Source of the DNA: a virus
Lineage: Duplodnaviria > Caudoviricetes
Strand: one strand, 5' to 3'
DNA: 44,780 bases
Virus record (IMG/VR): IMGVR_UViG_3300042934_000573
Location: 1 to 44,780 of that record
The translations under genes were made by a program, and so were the position numbers. Shown here piece by piece: positions 16,199-23,945 of this stretch (its first letter is position 1; each line of letters begins with the position of its first letter). The notes below the pieces were generated by a model that was not told the DNA's origin, searched no databases, and was given only the letters and a program-made list of their open reading frames with translations.

Positions 16199-16705
16199 AT
16201 GGAAAAACTGACCCACACTCAGCTTTTGAGCCGGTTGGCCCAATTCAGCGGGGCTCACTATGAGGCGGCCGCGATTGATGATCAGGATTTCGCACGCGAG
16301 TGCGCTGACATGGTGAGCGTCATAACCGAAGTTCTGGAAGCTCGTGGAAACCAAGCCGCATCCGGGGCGACGTTTATTGATATTCCGATGATGGCGCGTA
16401 CATGCGTAACAACCACGGCCATTTCTATCCTAACGGCCGCTCATAAATCTGGAGTGTTGGCGCTACTCGCAACGACTGAGGCTCAGGGCCAGTGTTTAAT
16501 GAAAGAACGTGGGCTTACCCATCATTCCATCGTTCGTCTCGGGGACCTTGATAGATTACGCCGTGCAAAAGTGATTGTCGTCGATGATGCCCAGTATATG
16601 GAGGCTCAGTTTGCGAAAATTTACCCTAATGCTGCTGGTGGCTTGCGTGCGCACCTTGCTCAACTGACGGGCGTTCGCGTGTACTGGCTCACGTCGAAAG
16701 ATTAA
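16199..16705 (+). CDS. Hypothetical protein
   Basis: 168 aa with AGGA SD; VIVVDD Walker-B-like strand but no Walker A. Confidence 0.65.
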   Translation: MEKLTHTQLLSRLAQFSGAHYEAAAIDDQDFARECADMVSVITEVLEARGNQAASGATFIDIPMMARTCVTTTAISILTAAHKSGVLALLATTEAQGQCLMKERGLTHHSIVRLGDLDRLRRAKVIVVDDAQYMEAQFAKIYPNAAGGLRAHLAQLTGVRVYWLTSKD

Positions 16706-16707
16706 TC

Positions 16708-16730
16708 CGGATAGTTACAACATTCTATTT
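16708..16730 (-). other. Tus-binding Ter-like replication terminator
   Basis: AAATAGAATGTTGTAACTATCCG: conserved G6 and GTTGTAACTA core. Confidence 0.7.
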
Positions 16731-16759
16731 GTCGCGGGGCTGGCTGGAGCCGCCCGCAA

Positions 16760-17122
16760 CATCATCCCCACCCAGGGCAAAAGGTCCAAAAATCACCGGT
16801 TGTGAGATTGCCGTAATTTTCGGACCTTTTGCCCTGTGCGGTGATTTTCCCTGAATTTGCCAGTACACCGCCTGGCACTTAATGAGGGCTCAGCTATGAA
16901 ACGTTAAGCGGTCAGACCGTCCTTACATGCCACAGTCATTATGTGGCCCCGAGTCTCCACGTAGAGAGCCAGCTTTGCACCTGGTGAGGGTTAACGAGAA
17001 AAGAGCACCGGTGACGCAGCGTTATCGCCAGTAACGCACCGGTTAGAGCCAACGGGGAGCAAAGACGAACCGGGGTTAGGAGCTCAAGGGCATGAGCGCG
17101 CCCACTGCGAGAGTGTGGGAAA
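16760..17122 (+). ncRNA. Second structured non-coding block upstream of the lysis cassette
   Basis: 15-bp perfect IR (16773-16787/16822-16836) and several nested hairpins; no + strand ORF. Confidence 0.55.
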
Positions 17123-17165
17123 TGATATAAATATATAAAGATATATTTCACCCTATTATCGATGG

Positions 17166-17189
17166 CCCGCTTATATAGCGGGTTTTTTA
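17166..17189 (+). terminator. Intrinsic terminator before lysis genes (tR'-like)
   Basis: CCCGCT-TATAT-AGCGGG-TTTTTT. Confidence 0.75.
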
Positions 17190-17213
17190 TTACCTTAATT
17201 TTCAGGAGGCCAT

Positions 17214-17627
17214 GTGGGTATATCTACGGCCACAGCCTCAGCGACGGCTAACAGTGTGGCAATCACAAGCATGTCATTTGCTACGTTGCTGGCCAGTACG
17301 CCAGCTGGTGTTTATATCGGCGCATTCTCCGGCGCTGCTGTTTATGTCATTTTCTCCCCGGACTTGAACCGATTTAAACAGATAACGACGTTCTTTATCT
17401 CGTTTCTTCTGGGGATTCTGGGGGCCAATCTGGCCACCGGCATTCTATCCCAGGCTCTGGGTCAGTACCTCCCTGATGGTGTGACTGTTGAGCCCTGGCT
17501 GGGGGCAGCCGTAACAGCCACTATTGGCGTCACTCTCCTGATCTCCCTGACGAGAATTAGCCCTACCGCTTTCTTAACTCGCTTACTCCAGATGATGACC
17601 GGGGGCAGCAATGACGGAACTAAATGA
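17214..17627 (+). CDS. Putative holin
   Basis: Multiple TM helices, IGAFSGAAVYV motif; first gene of the lysis cassette. Confidence 0.75.
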   Translation: MGISTATASATANSVAITSMSFATLLASTPAGVYIGAFSGAAVYVIFSPDLNRFKQITTFFISFLLGILGANLATGILSQALGQYLPDGVTVEPWLGAAVTATIGVTLLISLTRISPTAFLTRLLQMMTGGSNDGTK

Positions 17628-17934
17628 ATTTGTCTTGTTTGTGAAGGGACTTCCCTGGAATACGGGCATTTTGTGGACTGACGCCATTGCTTGCGCCATC
17701 AGCGCCATGATGCTGGGAACATACCAGCGGAAGGGGGCAAAACATCGGATCGTTGGTGGGATTATGGCGCTGGTTCTGCTGGTGGCGTGTGGGTCAGTCA
17801 CCATTCTCATAGCCACCGGCCGTTACACACAAGCGAACCTGTCAGAGACGATTATTAACGTGATGCTCTGTATTTCGCTCATCTACTCGCACGGCAACGT
17901 AATGAAGATTTTCAGACGGGACGATAAACAATGA
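17611..17934 (+). CDS. Phage holin family protein
   Basis: 3 TM helices, YQRKGAKHR...GNVMKIFR. Confidence 0.8.
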   Translation: MTELNEFVLFVKGLPWNTGILWTDAIACAISAMMLGTYQRKGAKHRIVGGIMALVLLVACGSVTILIATGRYTQANLSETIINVMLCISLIYSHGNVMKIFRRDDKQ

Positions 17935-18560
17935 ATCAATCTCAATTTCAACTGGCCACCGGTGTTAGTGGCGAGTTAGCCGCGCGCTGGTTTGTTCATA
18001 TTGAAAAAGCCATGCAGCAATACGGCATTACTAACCCGCTGGATCAGGCGATGTTCCTGGCCCAAATGGGGACAGAATCCGGTGGTTACACACGGCTGGT
18101 GGAAAACCTGAATTATGCCGCTGATAAGCTCGTGGGCGTGTTTGGTGCGAAGCGTATCACTCAGCAACAGGCGGACCAGTATGGCCGCAACAGTAGCCAT
18201 CCGGCCAACCAGGAAGCGATCGCCAATATCGTTTACGGCGGTGACTGGGGTAAAGCCAATTTGGGTAATACGGTACAGGGTGACGGCTGGAAATTCCGTG
18301 GACGTGGGTTAAAGCAAATCACCGGCCGTGAGAACTATCAGAAATGTGGCGCGGCCCTCGGGGTGGATCTCCTCTCCAATCCTGACGCACTGTTGCAGGA
18401 TGACGTGGCCGCTATGTCCGCCGCGTGGTTCTACGTCTCTAAAGGTTGTTTGAACCATACCGGCGACGTTAAAGCCATTACGAAGATTATCAATGGCGGG
18501 ACAAATGGTCTCGATGACCGACAGGCCCGCTATGATAAGGCGAAAGCGGTGCTTGTATGA
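17931..18560 (+). CDS. Endolysin, glycoside hydrolase family 19
   Basis: AMFLAQ..ESG...ENLNY...FRGRGLKQITGRENY...INGGTNGL. Confidence 0.92.
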   Translation: MNQSQFQLATGVSGELAARWFVHIEKAMQQYGITNPLDQAMFLAQMGTESGGYTRLVENLNYAADKLVGVFGAKRITQQQADQYGRNSSHPANQEAIANIVYGGDWGKANLGNTVQGDGWKFRGRGLKQITGRENYQKCGAALGVDLLSNPDALLQDDVAAMSAAWFYVSKGCLNHTGDVKAITKIINGGTNGLDDRQARYDKAKAVLV

Positions 18561-19105
18561 CAGCCGCGTTAATAGCCTTACTCAAACGAACCGGGAAGCC
18601 ACTGGCATTAATAATGCTGGTGGCTTTGTCGTTATGGGGATTTGGCCACTGGCGTTACACCACTGGCCAGACTGCTGAAAGGCTTGTTTGGTCAGATAAA
18701 TGGTCAAAGCGGGATAAGGCAGACGCCGAAGCGAAAGCGGCCCGAGAGGCCAGCGAACGCGAAGAGGAACAGCGTCGCCAGCTGGAAAACAACAGGATCA
18801 GAGAGGATGGAGAGAAACAACTTGCTCAGGTTAGCGCCGCTGCTGCTGATGCTGAGTCTGTCAATAAGCGGCTGCAACTCGCCATCGAGCGTACAAAGCA
18901 ACAGCTCGCCAGAAGTGAAACCGGCCGCCTATCCGCCATTGCCTCAGAACGGCAGACAAGAGCCGATACCGCCGTTTTGCTTGCCGAGCTGTACCGAAAA
19001 TCTGACGAAAGAGCGGGCCAGCTCGCTCAATATGCTGACCGGGCAAGAATCAGAGGGCTGACCTGTGAGAAAGCCTATGACTCTATAACGGCAGGGAGGA
19101 AATGA
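18557..19105 (+). CDS. Rz-like inner-membrane spanin
   Basis: N-terminal TM, coiled coil, YADRARIRGLTCEKAYD. Confidence 0.85.
   Translation: MTAALIALLKRTGKPLALIMLVALSLWGFGHWRYTTGQTAERLVWSDKWSKRDKADAEAKAAREASEREEEQRRQLENNRIREDGEKQLAQVSAAAADAESVNKRLQLAIERTKQQLARSETGRLSAIASERQTRADTAVLLAELYRKSDERAGQLAQYADRARIRGLTCEKAYDSITAGRK
18807..19061 (+). CDS. Rz1-like outer-membrane lipoprotein spanin (embedded)
   Basis: +1 frame inside Rz; signal peptide with ISG-C lipobox; Pro-rich. Confidence 0.8.
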   Translation: MERNNLLRLAPLLLMLSLSISGCNSPSSVQSNSSPEVKPAAYPPLPQNGRQEPIPPFCLPSCTENLTKERASSLNMLTGQESEG

Positions 19106-19473
19106 TGGTCACGATCTCCGGCGTATTTCTCGATCCTGATGGTGCGGCCGTCGCCGGTGCGGTTATCACGTTTACCCAGCTGAAAAACACCCCGAATTCA
19201 TTTTTAAGGCGTGAGGCGACCATGACCACGGCCGAAGATGGTTCCTATAGCGTACAGCTGTACAACGGCCGCTATAAGGTCATGGCGAAGTATCAGAACA
19301 ACTCTGAGGCTAAGTTAGGGGAAATCAACGTGTCTGACGCCACCGGCCCCGGCTCGTTGAATGATTATCTGTTGGTGGGCGCGGCTGATGACACACCCAG
19401 CGCGCTCTTTCTGGCCATTGAGAAAATGTATTTCGAGATGCTGGCCATGAGCCGGGAAAGCCGTAATAACTGA
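19102..19473 (+). CDS. Stand-alone tail-fibre N-terminal (Stf-like) domain protein
   Basis: ISGVFLDPDG...DGSYS..L..GRY.V...GEI.V....GSLNDYL. Confidence 0.7.
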   Translation: MMVTISGVFLDPDGAAVAGAVITFTQLKNTPNSFLRREATMTTAEDGSYSVQLYNGRYKVMAKYQNNSEAKLGEINVSDATGPGSLNDYLLVGAADDTPSALFLAIEKMYFEMLAMSRESRNN

Positions 19474-19482
19474 TGAACGGGA

Positions 19483-19827
19483 GTGTTTATGTCTTATACA
19501 GATTACAAAATTGTAATTGGTGCTAATGCTGAGGATCTGTCAACTCAGATGGCCGAAGCCATTGCTGATGGATATCAGCCGTTGGGCCAGCCTCTTTTGC
19601 AGTGGGGATCGTTTAATCTCGCCCAGGCTGTTGTAAAAGGCACAGCTGATGGTGGTGGTGCTGGTGGCTCATATACGTTGCCAGCGGCAACAGCGGCCGC
19701 TTTGGGTGGTGTTAAGTTGGCAGCCCATCAGGCCCCGTCAACCGCTACTGACGCGGCTGGTTTGGTTACTGACTTCAACGCACTGTTAACCAAGCTCCAG
19801 GGCTCTGGCGCGATGGCTGGCAGCTAA
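19483..19827 (+). CDS. Head-fibre-like protein
   Basis: YTLPAATAAALGGVK...LVTDFNALLTKLQ.SG motif. Confidence 0.65.
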   Translation: MFMSYTDYKIVIGANAEDLSTQMAEAIADGYQPLGQPLLQWGSFNLAQAVVKGTADGGGAGGSYTLPAATAAALGGVKLAAHQAPSTATDAAGLVTDFNALLTKLQGSGAMAGS

Positions 19828-19842
19828 TTAGCTGGTGGACCT

Positions 19843-20019
19843 ATGGTTACAGCTCTTTCGTTGCTTCTGGCGTTTGTGGTTATTTGTGTGGCTGTGTTCC
19901 TTCCTCGCATCAATTACGGTCTCCCAACGTGCCACTGTTGCGGGATTATGGTTGAGCGGCCCGCTAAGTTCTGTGAGCGATGCAGACCGCCACAGCACGA
20001 TCATAACAATAGCGAATAG
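19843..20019 (+). CDS. Small membrane-anchored Zn-ribbon protein (58 aa, not in ORF track)
   Basis: MVTALSLLLAFVVICVAVFLP...CHCCG...FCERC; GGTGGA SD. Confidence 0.55.
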   Translation: MVTALSLLLAFVVICVAVFLPRINYGLPTCHCCGIMVERPAKFCERCRPPQHDHNNSE

Positions 20020-20026
20020 TTACGCG

Positions 20027-20078
20027 TTGTAGTCACATAAACACAAGTTGTAGTCATCTTATAGCCCGACTACAAAAA
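20027..20078. promoter_or_regulatory. Second copy of the TTGTAGTC operator array
   Basis: Same three-site arrangement and spacing as 7732-7783. Confidence 0.7.
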
Positions 20079-20108
20079 CGGGCTATCAAATGTCTATAAG
20101 GATCGCAT

Positions 20109-20750
20109 ATGGCGAGTTTAAAAGACCTTGAGCGCCAGCTGCTGGCCCTCAAAAAACAGCTCCCTTTTGCCACTGCGCGCGCCCTTACCATTACGGCCCG
20201 TAAGATTCAGGAAGCGCAAAAGGACAATTTAGAGAGCAAACTGGACAATCCCACGCCCTTTACCGTCAACTCTGTAGCGTCCACAGCGGCCCGCAAAACC
20301 AATCTCACAGCAAAGGTATTCATCAGGCCGACAGCGGCTGAGTATCTGGCTCCTGAGGAGTTTGGCGGTACACGCCACCTAAGCGGTAAGGCATTGCTTA
20401 ACCCCAAAGGCGTCAGGCTCAACAAATACGGGAACCTGCCTAAAGGTAAGCTGGCCAGCCTGAAAGCAAACCCGAATGTGTTTGTTGGGAGTGTCAACGG
20501 TGCGTCAGGCTTTTGGCAGCGCAAGAAGTACAAGCCTGTAACGGGCAAGAAGAAAGGCAAGCGCTCTAAGAATGGTACACGTAAGCCGCGCCCGAAACAG
20601 CCAAAGCTAAAGCTGCTGGTGAGGTTTGGTGACGCTCAGGAGGCATCGCCAACGCTGGGTTATTTCGAGCTTGCGAACCAGATGGCGGCGGACCTGTTGC
20701 CTGGTGAAATGAGCGCGGCGATCTCTGAGGCGTTGAGGACGGCCAAGTAA
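20109..20750 (+). CDS. Basic phage morphogenesis protein (gpZ-like)
   Basis: LPFATARALT...DNPTPFT; immediately upstream of cos/terminase. Confidence 0.6.
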   Translation: MASLKDLERQLLALKKQLPFATARALTITARKIQEAQKDNLESKLDNPTPFTVNSVASTAARKTNLTAKVFIRPTAAEYLAPEEFGGTRHLSGKALLNPKGVRLNKYGNLPKGKLASLKANPNVFVGSVNGASGFWQRKKYKPVTGKKKGKRSKNGTRKPRPKQPKLKLLVRFGDAQEASPTLGYFELANQMAADLLPGEMSAAISEALRTAK

Positions 20751-20823
20751 GTAGGGTGAAAAGGTGGTTGAAAAAGAAACAAAATCATTGACATGTCGGA
20801 TGATACCCCCCCGTAAACATTTT

Positions 20824-21044
20824 GGGTCCTTCCAGTGGGGGTCTTGTTCCACGGGCATTGCGCGCGCGCGGTGTTTCACCAGCTATAAAATTTTGAGTTT
20901 GTGTCCCATGTCCCACACTGCATAAGTATGCACAACGAAACCTAAGGCCGCGCCAGCGCTGGAATCGCGATCCTTTTTCCGTGGGACATTTTCAAAAAAG
21001 ATCCTCTAAAAATGTCCCATTAATGTCCCAGTGAGAATGTCCCA
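20824..21044 (+). other. Lambda-type cos packaging site (cosQ-cosN-cosB)
   Basis: cosQ GGGTCCT (20824-20830), then 23 nt ending ACG and a GC-rich cosN-like segment; six TGTCCCA repeats before terS. Confidence 0.75.
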
Positions 21045-21616
21045 TGACGACGATGACCCGGATCGACTATGCAAAACATGCTGGCGTTGATCGTAAAACG
21101 ATTAGCCGTTGGATTAAGGCTGGGCGCTATATCGTTCTTGATGGCGATGATATCAACGTAGAGGAAAGCGATAAGGCGTTGGCGCTGTTGCGTAACAGCA
21201 AAGACGGCCGGACAACCAACGCCGCGAAAAGCAAGAAGCCAGCCAGCGCCCCGGTTATTGATCCTGCCGATAACGGAACGGCTGCGGCGGTTACGGCGAT
21301 CATGATGGCCACCGGCGCGGAGATGTCGAAAGAGGAAGCCAGTAGGGTCAAAGAGAACTATTTGGCCCTACTGGCCAAACTCGACTACGAAAAACAGAGT
21401 GAGCAGGTCATAGAAATGGCAGTAGCCGAAACCGCATTTTTTGAGGAGTTTCGGGCTCAGCGTGATTCCTGGCTTAATTGGCCACAAAAGGTAGCTCCGC
21501 TGATGGCGGCTGATCTGGATATTCCCGCTGACAGAATGACCGAGGTGTTAATAGCACATGTCCATAAACATATTGCCGGACTCGGAGAGCCCGAATTTAA
21601 CACCGAGCAAGATTGA
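21044..21616 (+). CDS. Terminase small subunit
   Basis: N-terminal HTH YAKHAGVDRKTISRW; position before terL. Confidence 0.8.
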   Translation: MTTMTRIDYAKHAGVDRKTISRWIKAGRYIVLDGDDINVEESDKALALLRNSKDGRTTNAAKSKKPASAPVIDPADNGTAAAVTAIMMATGAEMSKEEASRVKENYLALLAKLDYEKQSEQVIEMAVAETAFFEEFRAQRDSWLNWPQKVAPLMAADLDIPADRMTEVLIAHVHKHIAGLGEPEFNTEQD

Positions 21617-23675
21617 GAAGCTTAAGAGGAGCGCGCGGCTGGGGTGGACACCTCCGCCCAGAATTAGCGTCCCTGACTGGGCTGACAAATTCCGAAAGCT
21701 GGCCCGTGAGGCTGGTAGTACCTCCGGTGACTGGGACACCGCTACTGTAGAAGTTGCGCGCGGGCCAATGATGGCCGTTACAGAATCCGGTGTTCATATC
21801 ATTACTGTGATGTGTTGTACGCAGTTGATGAAAACAGCTCTGTTAGAGAACGTGTTTGGCTATTTCGCCCACCTCGATCCGTGTCCAATGTTGCTCTTAC
21901 AACCTAAAGAGGATGCGGCTGAGCAGTTTTCCAAGGAGCGTATTACTCCAATGCTGCGCGTAACGCCTGTTCTGAGAAAGCTGGTGGGCGCGGGTAAGCA
22001 GAAAAATTCAAAAGAGACTTTGCTCTATAAATCGTTTACCGGTGGATTTCTGGCGTTGGCCGGTGCTGGTAGCCCTGATAACCTCGCGCGCCGCCCTATT
22101 CGTGTACTTCTTGCCGATGAGGTGGATAAATACCCAATAACCCGCGAAGGGGACCCGATTACTCTGGCGGAGGAGCGAACAGCGACATTTGGTCTTAACT
22201 GGCTTTCTATTCGCGCCTGTTCTCCAACTATCGAAGATGAGAGCAGGATAGAGGCAAGCTATGCGGATTCAGATCAGCGGCGCGCCTCGATTGCATGTCC
22301 CGTTTGTGGCCATCGCCAATTCCCCGATTTTTTTAAACATGTCCACTGGGATAAAGAAGGGGATGAGCACAAGGTAAATGGGGCAATGCTCCATTGTGAG
22401 TCCTGCGGTGTGGGCTGGTCGGAAGGTCAGCGCCTGAGGGCTTTAAATACTATCCGGTGGCATCAAACAAAAACGTTTGAATGTTGCGACAGCGTTCATA
22501 TCCCGTTGAATGATTACGATCAGGAATGGCGTATTAATGATGAGACGGCGGTTGATAAGGTCTGGGAGTGGTCCGAGTCCGATCGTCATGCCGTGTATCG
22601 GGCAAAATGCCCGACGTGTGGCCGTCTGGGCGTTGATAATATTCACGCTGGATTTCAGGCCGGTAAGCTCTTTAGTCCGTGGCAAAAAGATAAACCCTCA
22701 GATATCGCGAAAAAATATCTCAAAGCCAAAGGCGACCCGGATAAAGAATTAGCCTGGTGGAATACCCAAATGGGCCTCCCTCACCGGCCGAATCACGGTA
22801 AAAAACTGGCCACCGATATTCTGTTGGCCAGACGCGAAGTATTTGAGGCTGAGGTTCCTGACGGTGTGGCAGTGCTAACCGTTGGTATAGATACACAGGA
22901 TGATCGCTTTGAGCTGGAGGTTATTGGCTGGGGACGTGATGAGGAGTCCTGGTCTATAGCCTTTGACATTATTGAGGGCGATTTAGAAACCCCTGACCCG
23001 TGGTTACGTCTTGATGCATATCTAAAGCAAGTCTGGCGGCGTGCGGACGGGCGCGGGTTTACTATTATGGCCGCGTGTATGGACTCAGGTGGCCACCATA
23101 CTCAGAAGGTTTACGAGTTTTGCAAAGAGCGTCTGGGCCGTCGTATCTGGGCGATTAAAGGTGAGTCCGCTGTTGGTGGTAAACGCTCGCCAGTGTGGCC
23201 AAATAAAAAAACCTCCGCTCGTACCAGGCGAACATTCCGCCCGATCATTATCGGGGTCAATGCGGCGAAAGACTCTATCCGGTCCCGTCTCCACATTGAA
23301 AAGTCTGGTCCGGGTTATATGCATTTTTCTGTAGATCGTGATCTGGTTTATTTCTCCCAGCTTACAGCTGAGCGGTTGGTTATTAAGGAGTCTGGCGGCC
23401 AGCGCTACAGCACATGGGAGCTTCCAAAAGGCAAGGCTAACGAAGCGTTAGACTGTAGGGTTTATGGGTATGCAGCGCTGTGTGGTCTTTTCCACATGGG
23501 GTTAAAACTCAACACTCGCGCCAGCATTATCGAAGCAGAGCCGTCACGGGTGTTACTTGACCCCTCAACTCAGCCAGTAGAAAAACCGTCCCTACAGTTC
23601 CCCGGTTCCGGGGTTCTTATCCTGGTTGAAGGTGAAGAAAAGCCGAAAGGGCGTGTTTCACAACGTTTAGCCTAA
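21558..23675 (+). CDS. Terminase large subunit (lambda gpA family)
   Basis: TQLMKT Walker A, LLADEVD, GIDTQDDR, DSGGH, NEALDCRVY. Confidence 0.95.
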   Translation: MSINILPDSESPNLTPSKIEKLKRSARLGWTPPPRISVPDWADKFRKLAREAGSTSGDWDTATVEVARGPMMAVTESGVHIITVMCCTQLMKTALLENVFGYFAHLDPCPMLLLQPKEDAAEQFSKERITPMLRVTPVLRKLVGAGKQKNSKETLLYKSFTGGFLALAGAGSPDNLARRPIRVLLADEVDKYPITREGDPITLAEERTATFGLNWLSIRACSPTIEDESRIEASYADSDQRRASIACPVCGHRQFPDFFKHVHWDKEGDEHKVNGAMLHCESCGVGWSEGQRLRALNTIRWHQTKTFECCDSVHIPLNDYDQEWRINDETAVDKVWEWSESDRHAVYRAKCPTCGRLGVDNIHAGFQAGKLFSPWQKDKPSDIAKKYLKAKGDPDKELAWWNTQMGLPHRPNHGKKLATDILLARREVFEAEVPDGVAVLTVGIDTQDDRFELEVIGWGRDEESWSIAFDIIEGDLETPDPWLRLDAYLKQVWRRADGRGFTIMAACMDSGGHHTQKVYEFCKERLGRRIWAIKGESAVGGKRSPVWPNKKTSARTRRTFRPIIIGVNAAKDSIRSRLHIEKSGPGYMHFSVDRDLVYFSQLTAERLVIKESGGQRYSTWELPKGKANEALDCRVYGYAALCGLFHMGLKLNTRASIIEAEPSRVLLDPSTQPVEKPSLQFPGSGVLILVEGEEKPKGRVSQRLA

Positions 23676-23684
23676 AGGAATCTT

Positions 23685-23945
23685 ATGTTTAGACCCAATA
23701 ACAGCGTATTGGCTGGGATGACCCGCGCCCAAGTACAAGAGGCGTTGAATGCAGCTCAGGCGGCATACGTTAATTTAATGACCGGTCAACAGGGCGTTTC
23801 GTTCTCTTATGCTCAAGGCGATGGGACCCGATCGGTTACATATCAACAAACGTCATTACCCCAGCTGATGGCCTTTATTCAGTTATTACAGGCTCAGTTG
23901 GGGATCGTTCCTCGGCCGCGTAGGCCGATAAGGTTTCGTTACTGA
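23685..23945 (+). CDS. gpW-like head-tail joining protein
   Basis: AQAAYVNLMTG...RSVTY...LQAQLG..RPRRP between terL and portal. Confidence 0.8.
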   Translation: MFRPNNSVLAGMTRAQVQEALNAAQAAYVNLMTGQQGVSFSYAQGDGTRSVTYQQTSLPQLMAFIQLLQAQLGIVPRPRRPIRFRY

